Shown here piece by piece: positions 1-11,020 of a stretch of 64,000 nucleotides of DNA. The number at the start of each line of letters is the position of its first letter. Position 1 is the stretch's first letter. The notes beneath the pieces were generated by a model that was not told where the DNA came from, did not search any database, and worked only from the letters and a program-made list of their open reading frames with translations. The DNA comes from a virus. The stretch is from IMG/VR virus record IMGVR_UViG_3300021962_000028, positions 32,001 to 96,000 of that record; one strand, 5' to 3'. Position numbers and translations under genes: made by a program.

Positions 1-467
1 CTTGCGGTATAACCAGTAACTTGATGTAATTTTAACCTTCGGTCGAAAGATAATCTATCAAATTTTTGACTGTCAGACAATAAACCCTCAGTTGCGGTGA
101 TTGTCACCCCTGTCATTTGTTCAACTAAACCATTATCAATACCCGTTAACCCTATATCACAAATTGTTTGTGAACTATAACAAGTTAAGTCATTATTGTT
201 TGGATTATAATAATTTGACGATATTAGATTATTGAATGGGTTATAGGCATTATAGTTTAACACAAATAATTCACTATTACTTGGGTTATCTAAATCAAAA
301 CTAAATGGTAACCTATTACCGTCATCTTCAGCAATAAGTTTTGGGGAGAAAACTACCTCCTCCTTATAGTCTCTTTCATCCGAAGATAAGGAAAAATCTT
401 GTATCTCGGACTTATTAAGAAGATACCACTTCTTAAAATTATACTGGTTTATATTTTGATAGGCCAT
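1..467 (-). CDS. Partial ORF running off the left end (MAYQNINQYNFKKWYLL...); probable virion structural protein
   Basis: Manual translation from ATG at 467 stays open to the window edge; late-type GTATTTAT motif just upstream (477-484). Confidence 0.7.
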   Translation of the reverse strand, partial: MAYQNINQYNFKKWYLLNKSEIQDFSLSSDERDYKEEVVFSPKLIAEDDGNRLPFSFDLDNPSNSELFVLNYNAYNPFNNLISSNYYNPNNNDLTCYSSQTICDIGLTGIDNGLVEQMTGVTITATEGLLSDSQKFDRLSFDRRLKLHQVTGYTA

Positions 468-517
468 AATTCTATGATAAATACCTTGTATCGCAGTATT
501 TATATGTAAAAAGTAAA

Positions 518-1375
518 ATGATTCAAACGAATACAGAGTATTTTATTACTCCATATTATTTCTACATTACGGAAAAAAGCGATAAAATATCGTTATACTA
601 TTCTATTGCGGATACTTTGGTAGAGTCCAGAAAGAAAGACGAAAAAATTGACTTCGATAAAAAAGATTTAGAAAAAGTTAAAAAAGGAATTTCATCAATA
701 CTTAAAAACAAAAAAATAAAAACCAAAGGACAAATCAAAAAATATTTTGAACCAATTTCAAAAGAAAAATCTGAGATTGATGAGTTAGTCGATTATGACG
801 GTACTATGAATAATTCAAAATACCCACCGATTAATTGGGGTCTAGCTCAGAAAAATATCACCGATAAAATTGTACCTGCAACAAGAATGCCAGGTAACCC
901 TGTTACTCGAGGTTATAGAAGATACTATGGTGAATCAACAACTGAAGATAGTAATGTCGTTAATGAAGTTGATTATTCTGAAGCGTTTGGATATGAAGAA
1001 ACTAAAGATATGGACGGTAAAGAAACTTTCAATTATTTAGTTAAAAAAATGGGTATGGAACCTGATGATGCGAAAGAAAGAACTAAACAGTTCGGTAAAG
1101 ACCCTTCAGGTAATAGAACAAAAAACGCACCTACAAAGATTAGAAACAAAAAAGGATTTATTGATAGAATGACTTTGGCTGAAATACAAAGACAAAAGAT
1201 GATTAACGCGATTGATGAAATCTTATTGAATAAGAAAAATTCTGATGGAGAATTGGGGGAAAAAGAAGATAAAGCGTCTAAAATTATTAAAAAGAACGTT
1301 GACTCACTTAAGAAAATGGCAGAAAAAGAAGGTTTCACCATAAACCAATTAATTAAAATGTTAAAGAGTGAATAA
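518..1375 (+). CDS. Hypothetical protein, probably late/head-associated
   Basis: 285-aa ORF; TATTTATA motif at 497-504; (L/V/I)xE motifs. Confidence 0.7.
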   Translation: MIQTNTEYFITPYYFYITEKSDKISLYYSIADTLVESRKKDEKIDFDKKDLEKVKKGISSILKNKKIKTKGQIKKYFEPISKEKSEIDELVDYDGTMNNSKYPPINWGLAQKNITDKIVPATRMPGNPVTRGYRRYYGESTTEDSNVVNEVDYSEAFGYEETKDMDGKETFNYLVKKMGMEPDDAKERTKQFGKDPSGNRTKNAPTKIRNKKGFIDRMTLAEIQRQKMINAIDEILLNKKNSDGELGEKEDKASKIIKKNVDSLKKMAEKEGFTINQLIKMLKSE

Positions 1376-1790
1376 AGATTTATATGGGAAAGATTATAAA
1401 ATCCCAACACATATTATAGACCACTTACAAAATCATTCTGGAAATGAAACTATTGATAATTTATTATCCAAAGGTAATATATCATATTCTTTGTTGAAGA
1501 AAATTAAACATAGAATAGAGAATGGTGAGAAAGATTCTTTGGGTGGTGATAAGATGTTAGGATGGGTTAATCAAACTCTAAACTCTGATAGGGGTTCTTT
1601 AGAAAATTCTAAGAAAGCTAGAAAAGAAAGTGGGTTATCAAACTCATATAATCAAAGCCCTAAAGATAACGACCCTAAGGGTTTGTCTAATTTAAATAGA
1701 CCAAGTAAAAGTCATCACACACATAATGATGATATAAAAATAACCGAAAGTTTAAAACGAATAAACGAAATAATTTCAAAAATAATATAA
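1368..1790 (+). CDS. Hypothetical protein
   Basis: 140-aa ORF overlapping the upstream stop. Confidence 0.7.
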   Translation: MNKDLYGKDYKIPTHIIDHLQNHSGNETIDNLLSKGNISYSLLKKIKHRIENGEKDSLGGDKMLGWVNQTLNSDRGSLENSKKARKESGLSNSYNQSPKDNDPKGLSNLNRPSKSHHTHNDDIKITESLKRINEIISKII

Positions 1791-1792
1791 TT

Positions 1793-2083
1793 ATGTCACA
1801 ACAAGAACCTATTGATTTGGCACAAACTGAAAAAAACTCATTAACTGAGATTGCCGAACAGGAAAGAAAAAAACTTTTTCCTAAGAATAACTACAATTCA
1901 ACGAATTCATATTCATCAACTAACCCTGACGCTTTAGCAACAGGTGATGAACAAGGTAAAGGTACGGGTGGAGATTTAGATGTTTACAGTACTTTCGCAG
2001 GTAGTAGTGTTGATAACGTTGAGAGAAAAAGTGAAATTAAAATTAACAAATTTAATTCATCAAAGACTTATCCTGATTTTTAA
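1793..2083 (+). CDS. Hypothetical protein
   Basis: 96-aa ORF in a tightly packed operon. Confidence 0.7.
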   Translation: MSQQEPIDLAQTEKNSLTEIAEQERKKLFPKNNYNSTNSYSSTNPDALATGDEQGKGTGGDLDVYSTFAGSSVDNVERKSEIKINKFNSSKTYPDF

Positions 2084-2490
2084 TGAAACTATTAACTACA
2101 TTTACTAACCTAATTACGGAAACCGCGTCTTACGAGGATTTAATTGATGCGATTAAACAACGAAAGGTTATGATTATATACTATGATGGTGATGAACCAG
2201 GTGGTAGGGGTCTTCGTGAAATTGAACCTGTATGTATTGGTGTTAGTAAAGCAAATAATAAAGTAGTTAGAGCGTGGGATAAAGAAGGGTCTTCTCACAC
2301 GGGTTATAAGGGAGAACAACCTTTACCAGGGTGGAGACTTTTTAGACTCGATAAAATATTATCGTCAAAACCAACGGGAGAAGTTTACAATGAACCAAGA
2401 CCTGGTTATAATTTTAATGGAGATAAAACTATGGCACAAGTTATTCTTAACGCCAAGTTCGATAATCCACCACAAGAAAACGTAGCATAA
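2083..2490 (+). CDS. WYL-domain protein (stand-alone)
   Basis: AIKQRKVMIIYY...GLREIEPVCIG...VRAW...WRLFRLDKI matches the WYL SH3-like pattern. Confidence 0.75.
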   Translation: MKLLTTFTNLITETASYEDLIDAIKQRKVMIIYYDGDEPGGRGLREIEPVCIGVSKANNKVVRAWDKEGSSHTGYKGEQPLPGWRLFRLDKILSSKPTGEVYNEPRPGYNFNGDKTMAQVILNAKFDNPPQENVA

Positions 2491-2491
2491 T

Positions 2492-3064
2492 ATGAGTGAT
2501 TTAATGCAAAAATTGGCAATTTCAAAGGCCATTATGGACAAACATAATAATATTGGTAGAGGTGGAGTACCTCAAACAAATAATTATCAAACCCCTGTGG
2601 TTGAAAATTATGATGCTCCTGCAGCTAATTTTAACATACCTAGTGAATATATTTCAGAATCAAATATACCTACAACTCAATCTGCCGAAACCCCACCAAA
2701 AGACAGAATTTTAAATTCAAAATTACCTGACGAAATTAAACGACTTATGATTGAAAATCCTATTCAATCTGTAAATCCGTTATCTGCGAGTAATACTTCA
2801 GTGTTAAGTGATGAATTAGTTGAAAAAGCGTCTAAACTAATGGGTACTAACAAACCTAAACAACAAACTCAAATACAAGAAACTTCTTCTAAAACACCTA
2901 CTAATACTGATTTAAGAAGGATGATGAAGGAAGTGGTTCAAGAGGTATTAAAGGAGAACGGTTTAATAATTGAGAGTGCTGAGAAGTCAGATGAGATTAT
3001 GATGATTAAGGTGGGTAAACACCTTTTTGAAGGTAAAATATCTAAGGTTAAAAAATTAAAATAA
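2492..3064 (+). CDS. Hypothetical protein
   Basis: 190-aa ORF. Confidence 0.7.
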   Translation: MSDLMQKLAISKAIMDKHNNIGRGGVPQTNNYQTPVVENYDAPAANFNIPSEYISESNIPTTQSAETPPKDRILNSKLPDEIKRLMIENPIQSVNPLSASNTSVLSDELVEKASKLMGTNKPKQQTQIQETSSKTPTNTDLRRMMKEVVQEVLKENGLIIESAEKSDEIMMIKVGKHLFEGKISKVKKLK

Positions 3065-3112
3065 CTTTCTTTATTACCTTTTTTTTGTTATTCTTATGGA
3101 AAACATAATAGA

Positions 3113-4327
3113 ATGACAAAAATTAATGTATTAGTACTACCATCAGATAAAACAGGTGTAGGTAAGTTCAGGTCTGTCGACCCACACATCTTTTTACAAA
3201 AATTATATCCCGAAGATTTTCACGTAGATATTGACTATCAACCTAAAGTTGATGATTTGAATTATTGGAAAAAATATCAAATAGTTCACATCCATAGAAC
3301 CATAGCTCAAAACTATGATAATACCCCTACGATACTTAAAACGTTAAACGATTTAGGAATTGTAACTATTATTGACATTGACGACTATTGGATGCCAGGT
3401 CCTGAACACCCAATCTACGATTTAATTAAAAATCATAAAATTCACGAAAAAATTGTTGCCAACCTAAAAGCTGCAAGATACGTTACAACAACAACAACTT
3501 TATTTGCTAATGAGATTAGAAAAATAAATAAGAATGTTATTGTATTACCAAACGCAATAGACCCGAAAGAACCTCAATTTAATGAACCAACTTTAGAGTC
3601 AGACAAATTAAGATTTGGATGGTTAGGTGGTTCTTCTCACCTACACGATTTAAAATTAATCGAAGGGTCTCTATCCAAATTTAATTCTGAAGACCGAAAA
3701 GATTTACAAATTTATTTATGTGGTTTTGATACTAGAGGTACTATTACTGAAATTAATAGAGATACAGGTGAACAAAAACAAAGACCTATCAAACCTGAGG
3801 AAACTGTTTGGAATAAATATGAACAAATTATGACTTCAAACCGTACAGGTTTAAGTGAAGACTACATTAACTACCTTTTAAGATTTAAAGAAGATGTTTA
3901 TCCTAATGAACTTGAACAACCTTATGTTAGAGTTTGGACAAGACCTGTACAATCTTATGCTAAGAATTATTCAAAATTTGATGTATCTTTGGCACCTATT
4001 AAAAATACAATGTTTAATAGAATGAAATCTCAACTAAAGGTTATTGAAGCGGGATTTTATAAGAAAGCATTAATTGCGTCTGAAATAGGTCCTTATACCT
4101 TAGATTTGAAACACGCGTTAAAAAATGGTGAGTTCTCAGATGGTAATGCTTTGTTAGTTAATGAAAATAGAAACCATAGTGATTGGTATAAGTTCATTAA
4201 AAAACTTAAACAAAATAGAAATTTAGTTACAGACTTAGGAGAAAGATTATATGAGACTGTTAAAGACACTTATGATTTAAATAACGTAACTAAAACAAGA
4301 GCTGAATTTTATAAAAGTATAGTATAA
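3113..4327 (+). CDS. GT-B (GT4-like) glycosyltransferase
   Basis: IDIDDYW, VLPNAID, FGWLGGSSH, DVSLAP...FNRMKSQLKVIEAG motifs. Confidence 0.8.
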   Translation: MTKINVLVLPSDKTGVGKFRSVDPHIFLQKLYPEDFHVDIDYQPKVDDLNYWKKYQIVHIHRTIAQNYDNTPTILKTLNDLGIVTIIDIDDYWMPGPEHPIYDLIKNHKIHEKIVANLKAARYVTTTTTLFANEIRKINKNVIVLPNAIDPKEPQFNEPTLESDKLRFGWLGGSSHLHDLKLIEGSLSKFNSEDRKDLQIYLCGFDTRGTITEINRDTGEQKQRPIKPEETVWNKYEQIMTSNRTGLSEDYINYLLRFKEDVYPNELEQPYVRVWTRPVQSYAKNYSKFDVSLAPIKNTMFNRMKSQLKVIEAGFYKKALIASEIGPYTLDLKHALKNGEFSDGNALLVNENRNHSDWYKFIKKLKQNRNLVTDLGERLYETVKDTYDLNNVTKTRAEFYKSIV

Positions 4328-4328
4328 T

Positions 4329-4781
4329 ATGGACACTACAAAAGGAATTATTGGATTTACTGCGGGTAATTTTGATTTATTACATCCAGGTTACATTTAT
4401 ACGTTTGAGGAAGCAAAGAGACACTGTGATTATTTTATGGTATTTCTTCAAATTGACCCATCTGAAACACGATTTACCAAATATAAGCCAGTTGTACCCG
4501 TATATGAAAGATACAAGACATTAATGGCTATTAAATATATTGATGAGGTTGTAACCTACCAAACTGAAGATGAATTACTTAAATTAATGGAGTTTTTTAA
4601 ACCTGACGTTAGAATTTTAGGTGACGACTATATTGGTAAAAGATTCACGGGAGACCATTTACCAATTAAAGTTGTTTACACGACTAGGTCACATAATTGG
4701 TCTACAACTAAGATTAAAGATTTAATTACAATTCAAACAATCAAACAAAATCCTGATATTATTAACGAAATAAATAAATAA
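4329..4781 (+). CDS. Cytidylyltransferase (TagD/RfaE-like)
   Basis: AGNFDLLHPGY (HIGH-like), GDDY, WSTTKI. Confidence 0.85.
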   Translation: MDTTKGIIGFTAGNFDLLHPGYIYTFEEAKRHCDYFMVFLQIDPSETRFTKYKPVVPVYERYKTLMAIKYIDEVVTYQTEDELLKLMEFFKPDVRILGDDYIGKRFTGDHLPIKVVYTTRSHNWSTTKIKDLITIQTIKQNPDIINEINK

Positions 4782-4784
4782 ACT

Positions 4785-5492
4785 ATGATTAAAATTCCAA
4801 TTACCAAAATATTGTTTCTTGACATTGAAACTGTTGGTGGATGTAAAGACTATGAGACCTGTAAGGTTAGTAATCCTAAAGTTGCCGAACAATTCATTAA
4901 ATATATTGATTGGTTCCATAAAAGATTTCCTGAAGATTCTCAGTTGTCCTTGGATGAGGTTTTTGCAAAACGAACCGCACTTGTTCCTGAATTTGCAAAG
5001 ATTATTTGTGTTAGTGTAGCCTTTGTATTGGATAATGGTGAAATTAAAAGACAAACATTTTCAGGTGATGATGAAAAAGAATTGTTGGAAGGGGTTCAAA
5101 AATTACTTAATAGATGTGGAAAGTTAGACTTCTTCCTATGTGGACATAACCTTAAAAACTTTGATATTCCTATGTTGGCAAAACGTATGATTATCAATGG
5201 GTTAATGCCATCATCGATTCTACCGTCCTATGACACTAAACCTTGGGAAATTAAGGCGATTGATACTAAAGAAATTTGGCAATATGGGGCATATACCGCA
5301 ATTGGTTCATTAGATTTAATGTGTGCTTGTATGGATATTCCATCCCCTAAAAATGGCGAAGTAACGGGAGATAAAGTCCACGATGCGTATTGGAATAAAA
5401 ATATGTTAAAAGAAATTTCAGAATACTGTGAACGAGATGTGGATGTATTAATTGACGCAATAAAAAAATTAAAAGAACTTAAAATAAATTAA
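4785..5492 (+). CDS. DnaQ/PolB-related 3'-5' exonuclease
   Basis: ExoI FLDIET, ExoII GHNLKNFD, ExoIII YCERDV. Confidence 0.85.
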   Translation: MIKIPITKILFLDIETVGGCKDYETCKVSNPKVAEQFIKYIDWFHKRFPEDSQLSLDEVFAKRTALVPEFAKIICVSVAFVLDNGEIKRQTFSGDDEKELLEGVQKLLNRCGKLDFFLCGHNLKNFDIPMLAKRMIINGLMPSSILPSYDTKPWEIKAIDTKEIWQYGAYTAIGSLDLMCACMDIPSPKNGEVTGDKVHDAYWNKNMLKEISEYCERDVDVLIDAIKKLKELKIN

Positions 5493-5494
5493 AT

Positions 5495-6067
5495 ATGAAC
5501 ATAGACGAACTTGAAGACCTATTCACTGACGATGAATCGGAATTAAAAAAAATGTTATTAGATATGGGTGTGGATTTGGACGACCTTGAGAAGGAGTTTG
5601 CCAATTACCATCCAAGAAAACCTTTAAAATATGAGGTAATATCTGATGATGCGGTAGAACCGTCATATAATTACCCCTCAGATTCAGGGTTTGATTTATA
5701 CTCAACGGAAGAGGTTACGTTAGAACCTTTTGGAAGAGCCCTTATCCCAACGGGATTAAAATTTGATATTCCTGATGGGAGTGAAATTCAGGTTAGACCT
5801 AAAAGTGGTTTGGCTCTAAAACAAGGGTTAACTGTGTTAAATACACCAGGGACTGTAGATTCAGGTTATAATGGTGAGATACAGGTAATTGTATTCAATA
5901 CCAATCCAAAACCATTTACAGTTGATAAAGGTATGAAAATCGCTCAAGCGGTTCTTTGTCCTGTAGTTAACGGTAACTGGGTAGAATTAATTAAAGTAGA
6001 TTCTGTGGAAGAAAAGGATAGAGGTGATAATGGGTTTGGTTCAACAGGAATTAATTTTAAAAAATAA
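5495..6067 (+). CDS. dut: dUTP pyrophosphatase
   Basis: SGFDL, RPKSGLA, GTVDSGYNGEI, RGDNGFGSTG motifs. Confidence 0.95.
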   Translation: MNIDELEDLFTDDESELKKMLLDMGVDLDDLEKEFANYHPRKPLKYEVISDDAVEPSYNYPSDSGFDLYSTEEVTLEPFGRALIPTGLKFDIPDGSEIQVRPKSGLALKQGLTVLNTPGTVDSGYNGEIQVIVFNTNPKPFTVDKGMKIAQAVLCPVVNGNWVELIKVDSVEEKDRGDNGFGSTGINFKK

Positions 6068-6074
6068 AAAATAT

Positions 6075-6635
6075 ATGGAAAATTTAAAATATGTTATGAG
6101 ACCTTCAGGGTCTAATTTAGAAATAGAACTAAGAAATTTTTGTAAGGAATTAAGGACAATAGTGGGTGAGTCCCCAACTATAGTTGAATTAGGCTCGTAT
6201 ATGGGAGAAAGTAGTTTAATATTCTCCGAAGAGTTTCCAAACGGGACAATATATTGTATTGATAGCTGGGAGGGGGGATTTGACCATTCAGACACTTGTA
6301 GTAGAGACGATTATAATATGGTTGAAGAACAATTTAATAAAAGATTAGCGTTAACTAAAAATATTACAAAAATTAAAGGTCTCTCAACTAGTGAAAAGAT
6401 TGAATGTGATGTGGTGTACATCGACGCTTGTCATCAATATGAATGTGTTAAGTCCGACATTTTACATTGGCAACCATTGGTTAGGAAAGTAATCTCAGGT
6501 CACGACTATTATACGAATGACGCTTTTATTCGAATTCATCCTCATATTGCAGGAGTTAAATTAGCCGTTGATGAACTATTAGGCACTCCCGACCGATTAT
6601 TTAACGATGGGTCTTGGATTAAAATAAAAAAATAA
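6075..6635 (+). CDS. Class I SAM-dependent methyltransferase (Methyltransf_24-like)
   Basis: VELGSYMGES, IDSW, YIDACHQYE, SGHDY; start placed at ATG 6075 after the dut stop. Confidence 0.8.
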   Translation: MENLKYVMRPSGSNLEIELRNFCKELRTIVGESPTIVELGSYMGESSLIFSEEFPNGTIYCIDSWEGGFDHSDTCSRDDYNMVEEQFNKRLALTKNITKIKGLSTSEKIECDVVYIDACHQYECVKSDILHWQPLVRKVISGHDYYTNDAFIRIHPHIAGVKLAVDELLGTPDRLFNDGSWIKIKK

Positions 6636-6637
6636 AT

Positions 6638-7342
6638 ATGGTTACAGTACATTTGATTACATATAATGAAGAGCTAATGATTGAGTTTTTCGTTAAACAC
6701 TACCGTAAACTTTTTCCTAATTGTGTTATTAAGGTCTACGACAATTACTCAACTGATGAGACTGTAAAAATTGCAGAAAATTTAGGTTGTCAAATCAATT
6801 ACTACGATTCAAACAACAAATTATCCGACTCTAAATTCTTAGAAATTAAAAATAACTGTTGGAAAGATTCTGAAACTGATTGGGTTGTGGTTTGTGATTG
6901 TGATGAATTAATCTCAATAACTGAAGAAGAATTGATTAACGAATCAAATAATGGTGTTACGTTATTTAAATTCGACGGATACAATATGGTTAACACTGAA
7001 GGTCCACTTAATTTGCACGAATTAAGTTTTGGATTTAGAGACACGATTTACGATAAAACATTACTTTTCAATAAATCCAAAATTAACGATATTAATTATC
7101 AACCAGGATGTCACGTATGTGGTCCAAGTGGTGAGGTAAAATATAGTACCAATATTTACAAAATGTTACACTATAAATATTTGGGGGTTGAATACACCGT
7201 AAGTCGTTACAAAATGTTTGCGGATAGATTATCGGATGAAAATAAAAGAATGGGTTGGTCTTATCACTACGCCGAAAACGAAGCGAAACTTCGAAGATAC
7301 TATAGTGAAATGAACTCAAGAGGGTTAATAAAACTTATTTAA
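6638..7342 (+). CDS. GT-A (GT2-like) glycosyltransferase
   Basis: TYNEE, YDNYSTDET, CDCDE DxD motif. Confidence 0.8.
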   Translation: MVTVHLITYNEELMIEFFVKHYRKLFPNCVIKVYDNYSTDETVKIAENLGCQINYYDSNNKLSDSKFLEIKNNCWKDSETDWVVVCDCDELISITEEELINESNNGVTLFKFDGYNMVNTEGPLNLHELSFGFRDTIYDKTLLFNKSKINDINYQPGCHVCGPSGEVKYSTNIYKMLHYKYLGVEYTVSRYKMFADRLSDENKRMGWSYHYAENEAKLRRYYSEMNSRGLIKLI

Positions 7343-7344
7343 TT

Positions 7345-8118
7345 ATGTATTGGTTTTCAGGAGTAAACAATCACGATAAAAACAAATATCAGAGTTACAT
7401 CAAAATGTATACTGTTGCGGTATTATCCGCAAAAAAAACTAACCCAAGTATTAAACCTTATTTAATACTTGATGGAGAGGTTGATGAATATTTGGAAAAT
7501 TTAGAAGATTTAGGGGTGACGATAGTGAACCATAAATCATTATTTTATGATTCTCTATTATCACATTACAAAACAAACACTACCGCATTTGGTGCATTCT
7601 TAAGAATTGACATACCAAAAATTTGTGAAAAATTAAACATAGAAGACGAATATATCTTATACACGGATAATGATGTTTTGTTTATGGATGATGTTTCAAA
7701 ATTAAACGAACTAACACCAAATTATTTTATGGCTTCGGGTGAATTTGATAAAAATTTTGTACCGTCATTAATTAATACGGGGGTAATGTGGATTAATTGG
7801 AAAAATATGAATGAAATTTATAACGAATTTGTTTTCTTCATTAAATTAAACTTAAGTAAATTTCAAACGTATGACCAAGACGCTATTAGAATGTTTTTTA
7901 AAGATAAGATTGAATCTTTAGATTTTAATTACAATTATAAACCATATTGGGGTTATAGTGATGAAGTTAAAATTTTACATTTTCACGGGCCTAAACCTAC
8001 GTTTACTGATAATGAATATAAGAACTTCCCTTACAAACAAATGGTTACACCATACTACCAAACAATGGTAGAAAAATTTAAAGAAATATATGATAACAGT
8101 AATTTATTCGACGCATAA
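7345..8118 (+). CDS. GT8-like glycosyltransferase
   Basis: LYTDNDV, INTGVM, YDQDAI, ILHFHGPKP. Confidence 0.8.
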   Translation: MYWFSGVNNHDKNKYQSYIKMYTVAVLSAKKTNPSIKPYLILDGEVDEYLENLEDLGVTIVNHKSLFYDSLLSHYKTNTTAFGAFLRIDIPKICEKLNIEDEYILYTDNDVLFMDDVSKLNELTPNYFMASGEFDKNFVPSLINTGVMWINWKNMNEIYNEFVFFIKLNLSKFQTYDQDAIRMFFKDKIESLDFNYNYKPYWGYSDEVKILHFHGPKPTFTDNEYKNFPYKQMVTPYYQTMVEKFKEIYDNSNLFDA

Positions 8119-9607
8119 AGACCAAGAATTTAATAACAAATTTAAACAACATTTGTTACAAACTTCGGGTGTTAAAAATATTCAAATTATAGAATATATT
8201 AATAATAATGAGTTTAGTCTATCAAGTCTTTATAATAAAGGTATTCAGGAATCTGAATATAATATTGTAGTTTGTTGTCATAACGATATCAAATTAGAAA
8301 AAAATTGGGGTAAGAAATTATTACAAGACTTTGATAGTAATCCTGATTATGGAATTATTGGTAAAGCTGGTTCTTGTTACTTTCCTGAATCAGGAATTTA
8401 TTGGGAGAGAATGACTCAGACTATGGTTGGTCAAGTTTACCATCACCCTAAAGATAGTAAAAAATGGATTAATCGTTATTCACCTAAACTACCTTTCTTA
8501 ATTCCCGTGGTAACTATTGATGGTCTTTTTATCTCATTTGATAAGACTAAAATTAAACACGGGTTTGACGAGTCTATTGGTAAATTTCACTATTATGACC
8601 ACCCATTCTGTCTTGCAAATTATTTAGACGGAGTTAAGATTGGGGTTACATCTTCTTTTGAAATAACTCACGAATCGATAGGGAAACCAAACGAAGAATT
8701 CTTTACATCTAAAGATATCTTTTTAAAAAAATATGGTGATAAACTACCGTTAGATTTAAAACCTTCAACACCATTCTTTACTGAGATAAAAGAAAAACCA
8801 ATTAAGAATGTAGGTAAAGTTGCGGTAATAATTCCAACAAAAGGAAAAACTAATCTTTTATTACAATGTTTACAATCATTTATCGAATATTCCAACTCTC
8901 AATCTTATCGTATTTTCGTGGCAGACACTGGGTCAAACAACGAAGAAATTTTAGAAATTAAAAAGTTTATTGAAGATAATTCATCATTAATCAACATAAC
9001 ATTACTTCAATATGATTATTATAATTTTGCAAAAATTAATAATGACGTTGTTTTAAATCATATAACTGATGAATATGAATATCTTTTATTTTGTAATAAT
9101 GATATTAAAATATTGAATAATGTGATAAACGATATGTTAAGTGTGTTCAAACAAAATTCAAATGTAGGTACTGTAGGAGCTAGATTACATTACGAAGATG
9201 GTACAGTACAACACGACGGTATTTTAATGTATCTTAAACAAGATAAGTCTTTACACGTATCTCATTTAGGTCTTAGAAATTACTACAATTACACAACAAC
9301 AACTAAAGAGGTTATCGGTAATACTGGTGCGTTATTAATGATTAGAAAAAATGTCTTCATTAAAATGGGAATGTTTAATGAAAAATACACCGCTTGTTTT
9401 GAAGACGTTGAACTTAATCTAAAGTGTCTAGTATCTGGTTTAAAAAACTATTTTACGGGTAACTCGGTGGCTTATCATTATGAATCCCAAACTAGAAATG
9501 AAGACCCTAAGGATATGGAAAAATTAATAAACGATTATAAGGATAACTTATACCCATATATTGTTCAAAACTTTGACAAGATAAAAAGACTCGTGATGGT
9601 CTTATAA
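8090..9607 (+). CDS. Two-domain GT2-like glycosyltransferase
   Basis: N-terminal CCHNDI; C-terminal IIPTK, DTGS, FCNNDI, TGALLM, FEDVEL. Confidence 0.8.
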   Translation: MITVIYSTHKDQEFNNKFKQHLLQTSGVKNIQIIEYINNNEFSLSSLYNKGIQESEYNIVVCCHNDIKLEKNWGKKLLQDFDSNPDYGIIGKAGSCYFPESGIYWERMTQTMVGQVYHHPKDSKKWINRYSPKLPFLIPVVTIDGLFISFDKTKIKHGFDESIGKFHYYDHPFCLANYLDGVKIGVTSSFEITHESIGKPNEEFFTSKDIFLKKYGDKLPLDLKPSTPFFTEIKEKPIKNVGKVAVIIPTKGKTNLLLQCLQSFIEYSNSQSYRIFVADTGSNNEEILEIKKFIEDNSSLINITLLQYDYYNFAKINNDVVLNHITDEYEYLLFCNNDIKILNNVINDMLSVFKQNSNVGTVGARLHYEDGTVQHDGILMYLKQDKSLHVSHLGLRNYYNYTTTTKEVIGNTGALLMIRKNVFIKMGMFNEKYTACFEDVELNLKCLVSGLKNYFTGNSVAYHYESQTRNEDPKDMEKLINDYKDNLYPYIVQNFDKIKRLVMVL

Positions 9608-9668
9608 TAATTACTACACAAATAAAATAATTTGAATATCATTAGTGTATAAATATTAATAAATCAAT

Positions 9669-10412
9669 ATGACTGAAAGAAGAAAAAAAGGTACAACTCA
9701 AACCCCAAAAGAAAGTGAGTATAAACCAACAATGTCTAAAAAAGAACTAATATCACAAATTATTAAGAAAAAGACCAAAGAAAAATTCTTAACAACTAAT
9801 CAGAAAAAATATTACGATACGTTAACGTCAAGTGAAATCACAGTTTGTTCAGGACCCGCTGGAGTTGGTAAAAGTTATATTACGATGAAAGCCGCGATTG
9901 ATTTAATTGCGGACCCTACAACCCCTTACGAAAAAATTATTATTGTTAGACCCGCGGTTGAGGCGGAGGAGAAATTAGGGTCGTTACCAGGGAATGTTGA
10001 AGAGAAACTAGACCCATATATTTTTCCATCTTATTATTTGTTAAATAAAATTATCGGTAAAGAAGCAAGAGAAAAACTTAAAGAGATTGAAGTTATCGAA
10101 GTTTTTGCTTTGGCGTATATGAGAGGTATGAACATCGACAACTCTATATTAATATTTGAAGAAGGACAAAACGCGTCACCAAGTCAAATGAAACTTCTTT
10201 TAACAAGAATTGGATTTAATAGTAAATTTTTTATATCAGGGGATGTTGAACAATCTGACAAATACCGAAATAAAACCCAAAGTGGATTATGGGACGCAAT
10301 TGAGAAATTTAGAGACTCAGGAGGAATTTCAATATTTGAATTTAAAGATAAGAATGATATAGTAAGAAACCCTTTAATTACTAAAATTTTAGAAAAATAC
10401 GAAGAACAATGA
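9669..10412 (+). CDS. phoH: PhoH-like ATPase
   Basis: GPAGVGKS Walker A, RPAVE, LGSLPG, YMRG, GDVEQSD, VRNPLI. Confidence 0.92.
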   Translation: MTERRKKGTTQTPKESEYKPTMSKKELISQIIKKKTKEKFLTTNQKKYYDTLTSSEITVCSGPAGVGKSYITMKAAIDLIADPTTPYEKIIIVRPAVEAEEKLGSLPGNVEEKLDPYIFPSYYLLNKIIGKEAREKLKEIEVIEVFALAYMRGMNIDNSILIFEEGQNASPSQMKLLLTRIGFNSKFFISGDVEQSDKYRNKTQSGLWDAIEKFRDSGGISIFEFKDKNDIVRNPLITKILEKYEEQ

Positions 10413-11020
10413 GAATAGGTATCGAGATTAATGGTGTTTTAAGAGATACGATTGGTAAACTAGAAATGGTTTATAAAAAATATTTAATGGATAAAACTGA
10501 TGGGATGGAAGAAGATGAAAACCCATTTGAGTATGGTATGAATCTTCCTGTTACAAGTTTAAACTTAAGAGACCATTTTACGTTTAGAGATGATGAAGAA
10601 TTCTTCTCATTTCTTTACGATGAATTTCCTATGGAAATCTTTGGTCACGCAGGTTCTACCGAAACAATGACATTCAATGACTTTAACGAATTTTATGTTG
10701 AGTTTAGGAGTAATCACGATATTGTAGTGGTTTCTGATGAAATTGGTAAATCAAAACCTGCATCATTATTTTTTCTATCTAAATTTGGTTGTTTAACTGA
10801 AAAAGTAAAATTTTATAGTAATACCACAATAAATTCAATGTGGGATGAAATAGACCTTTTACTTACATCAAATCCTGACTTATTATTAGACTATCCAAAA
10901 AATAAAATTATTGTTAAATTTAACACAGACTACAATAAAGATATTAAAATGGAACACGAAATATCGTCAATAAAAGAACTAAAAGAAAAAATAAATCAAA
11001 TATATGGGACCAATGCTTAA
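10409..11020 (+). CDS. HAD-superfamily 5'(3')-nucleotidase-like protein (degenerate motif I)
   Basis: MRIGIEINGVLRD resembles DxDGVL with substitutions. Confidence 0.5.
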   Translation: MRIGIEINGVLRDTIGKLEMVYKKYLMDKTDGMEEDENPFEYGMNLPVTSLNLRDHFTFRDDEEFFSFLYDEFPMEIFGHAGSTETMTFNDFNEFYVEFRSNHDIVVVSDEIGKSKPASLFFLSKFGCLTEKVKFYSNTTINSMWDEIDLLLTSNPDLLLDYPKNKIIVKFNTDYNKDIKMEHEISSIKELKEKINQIYGTNA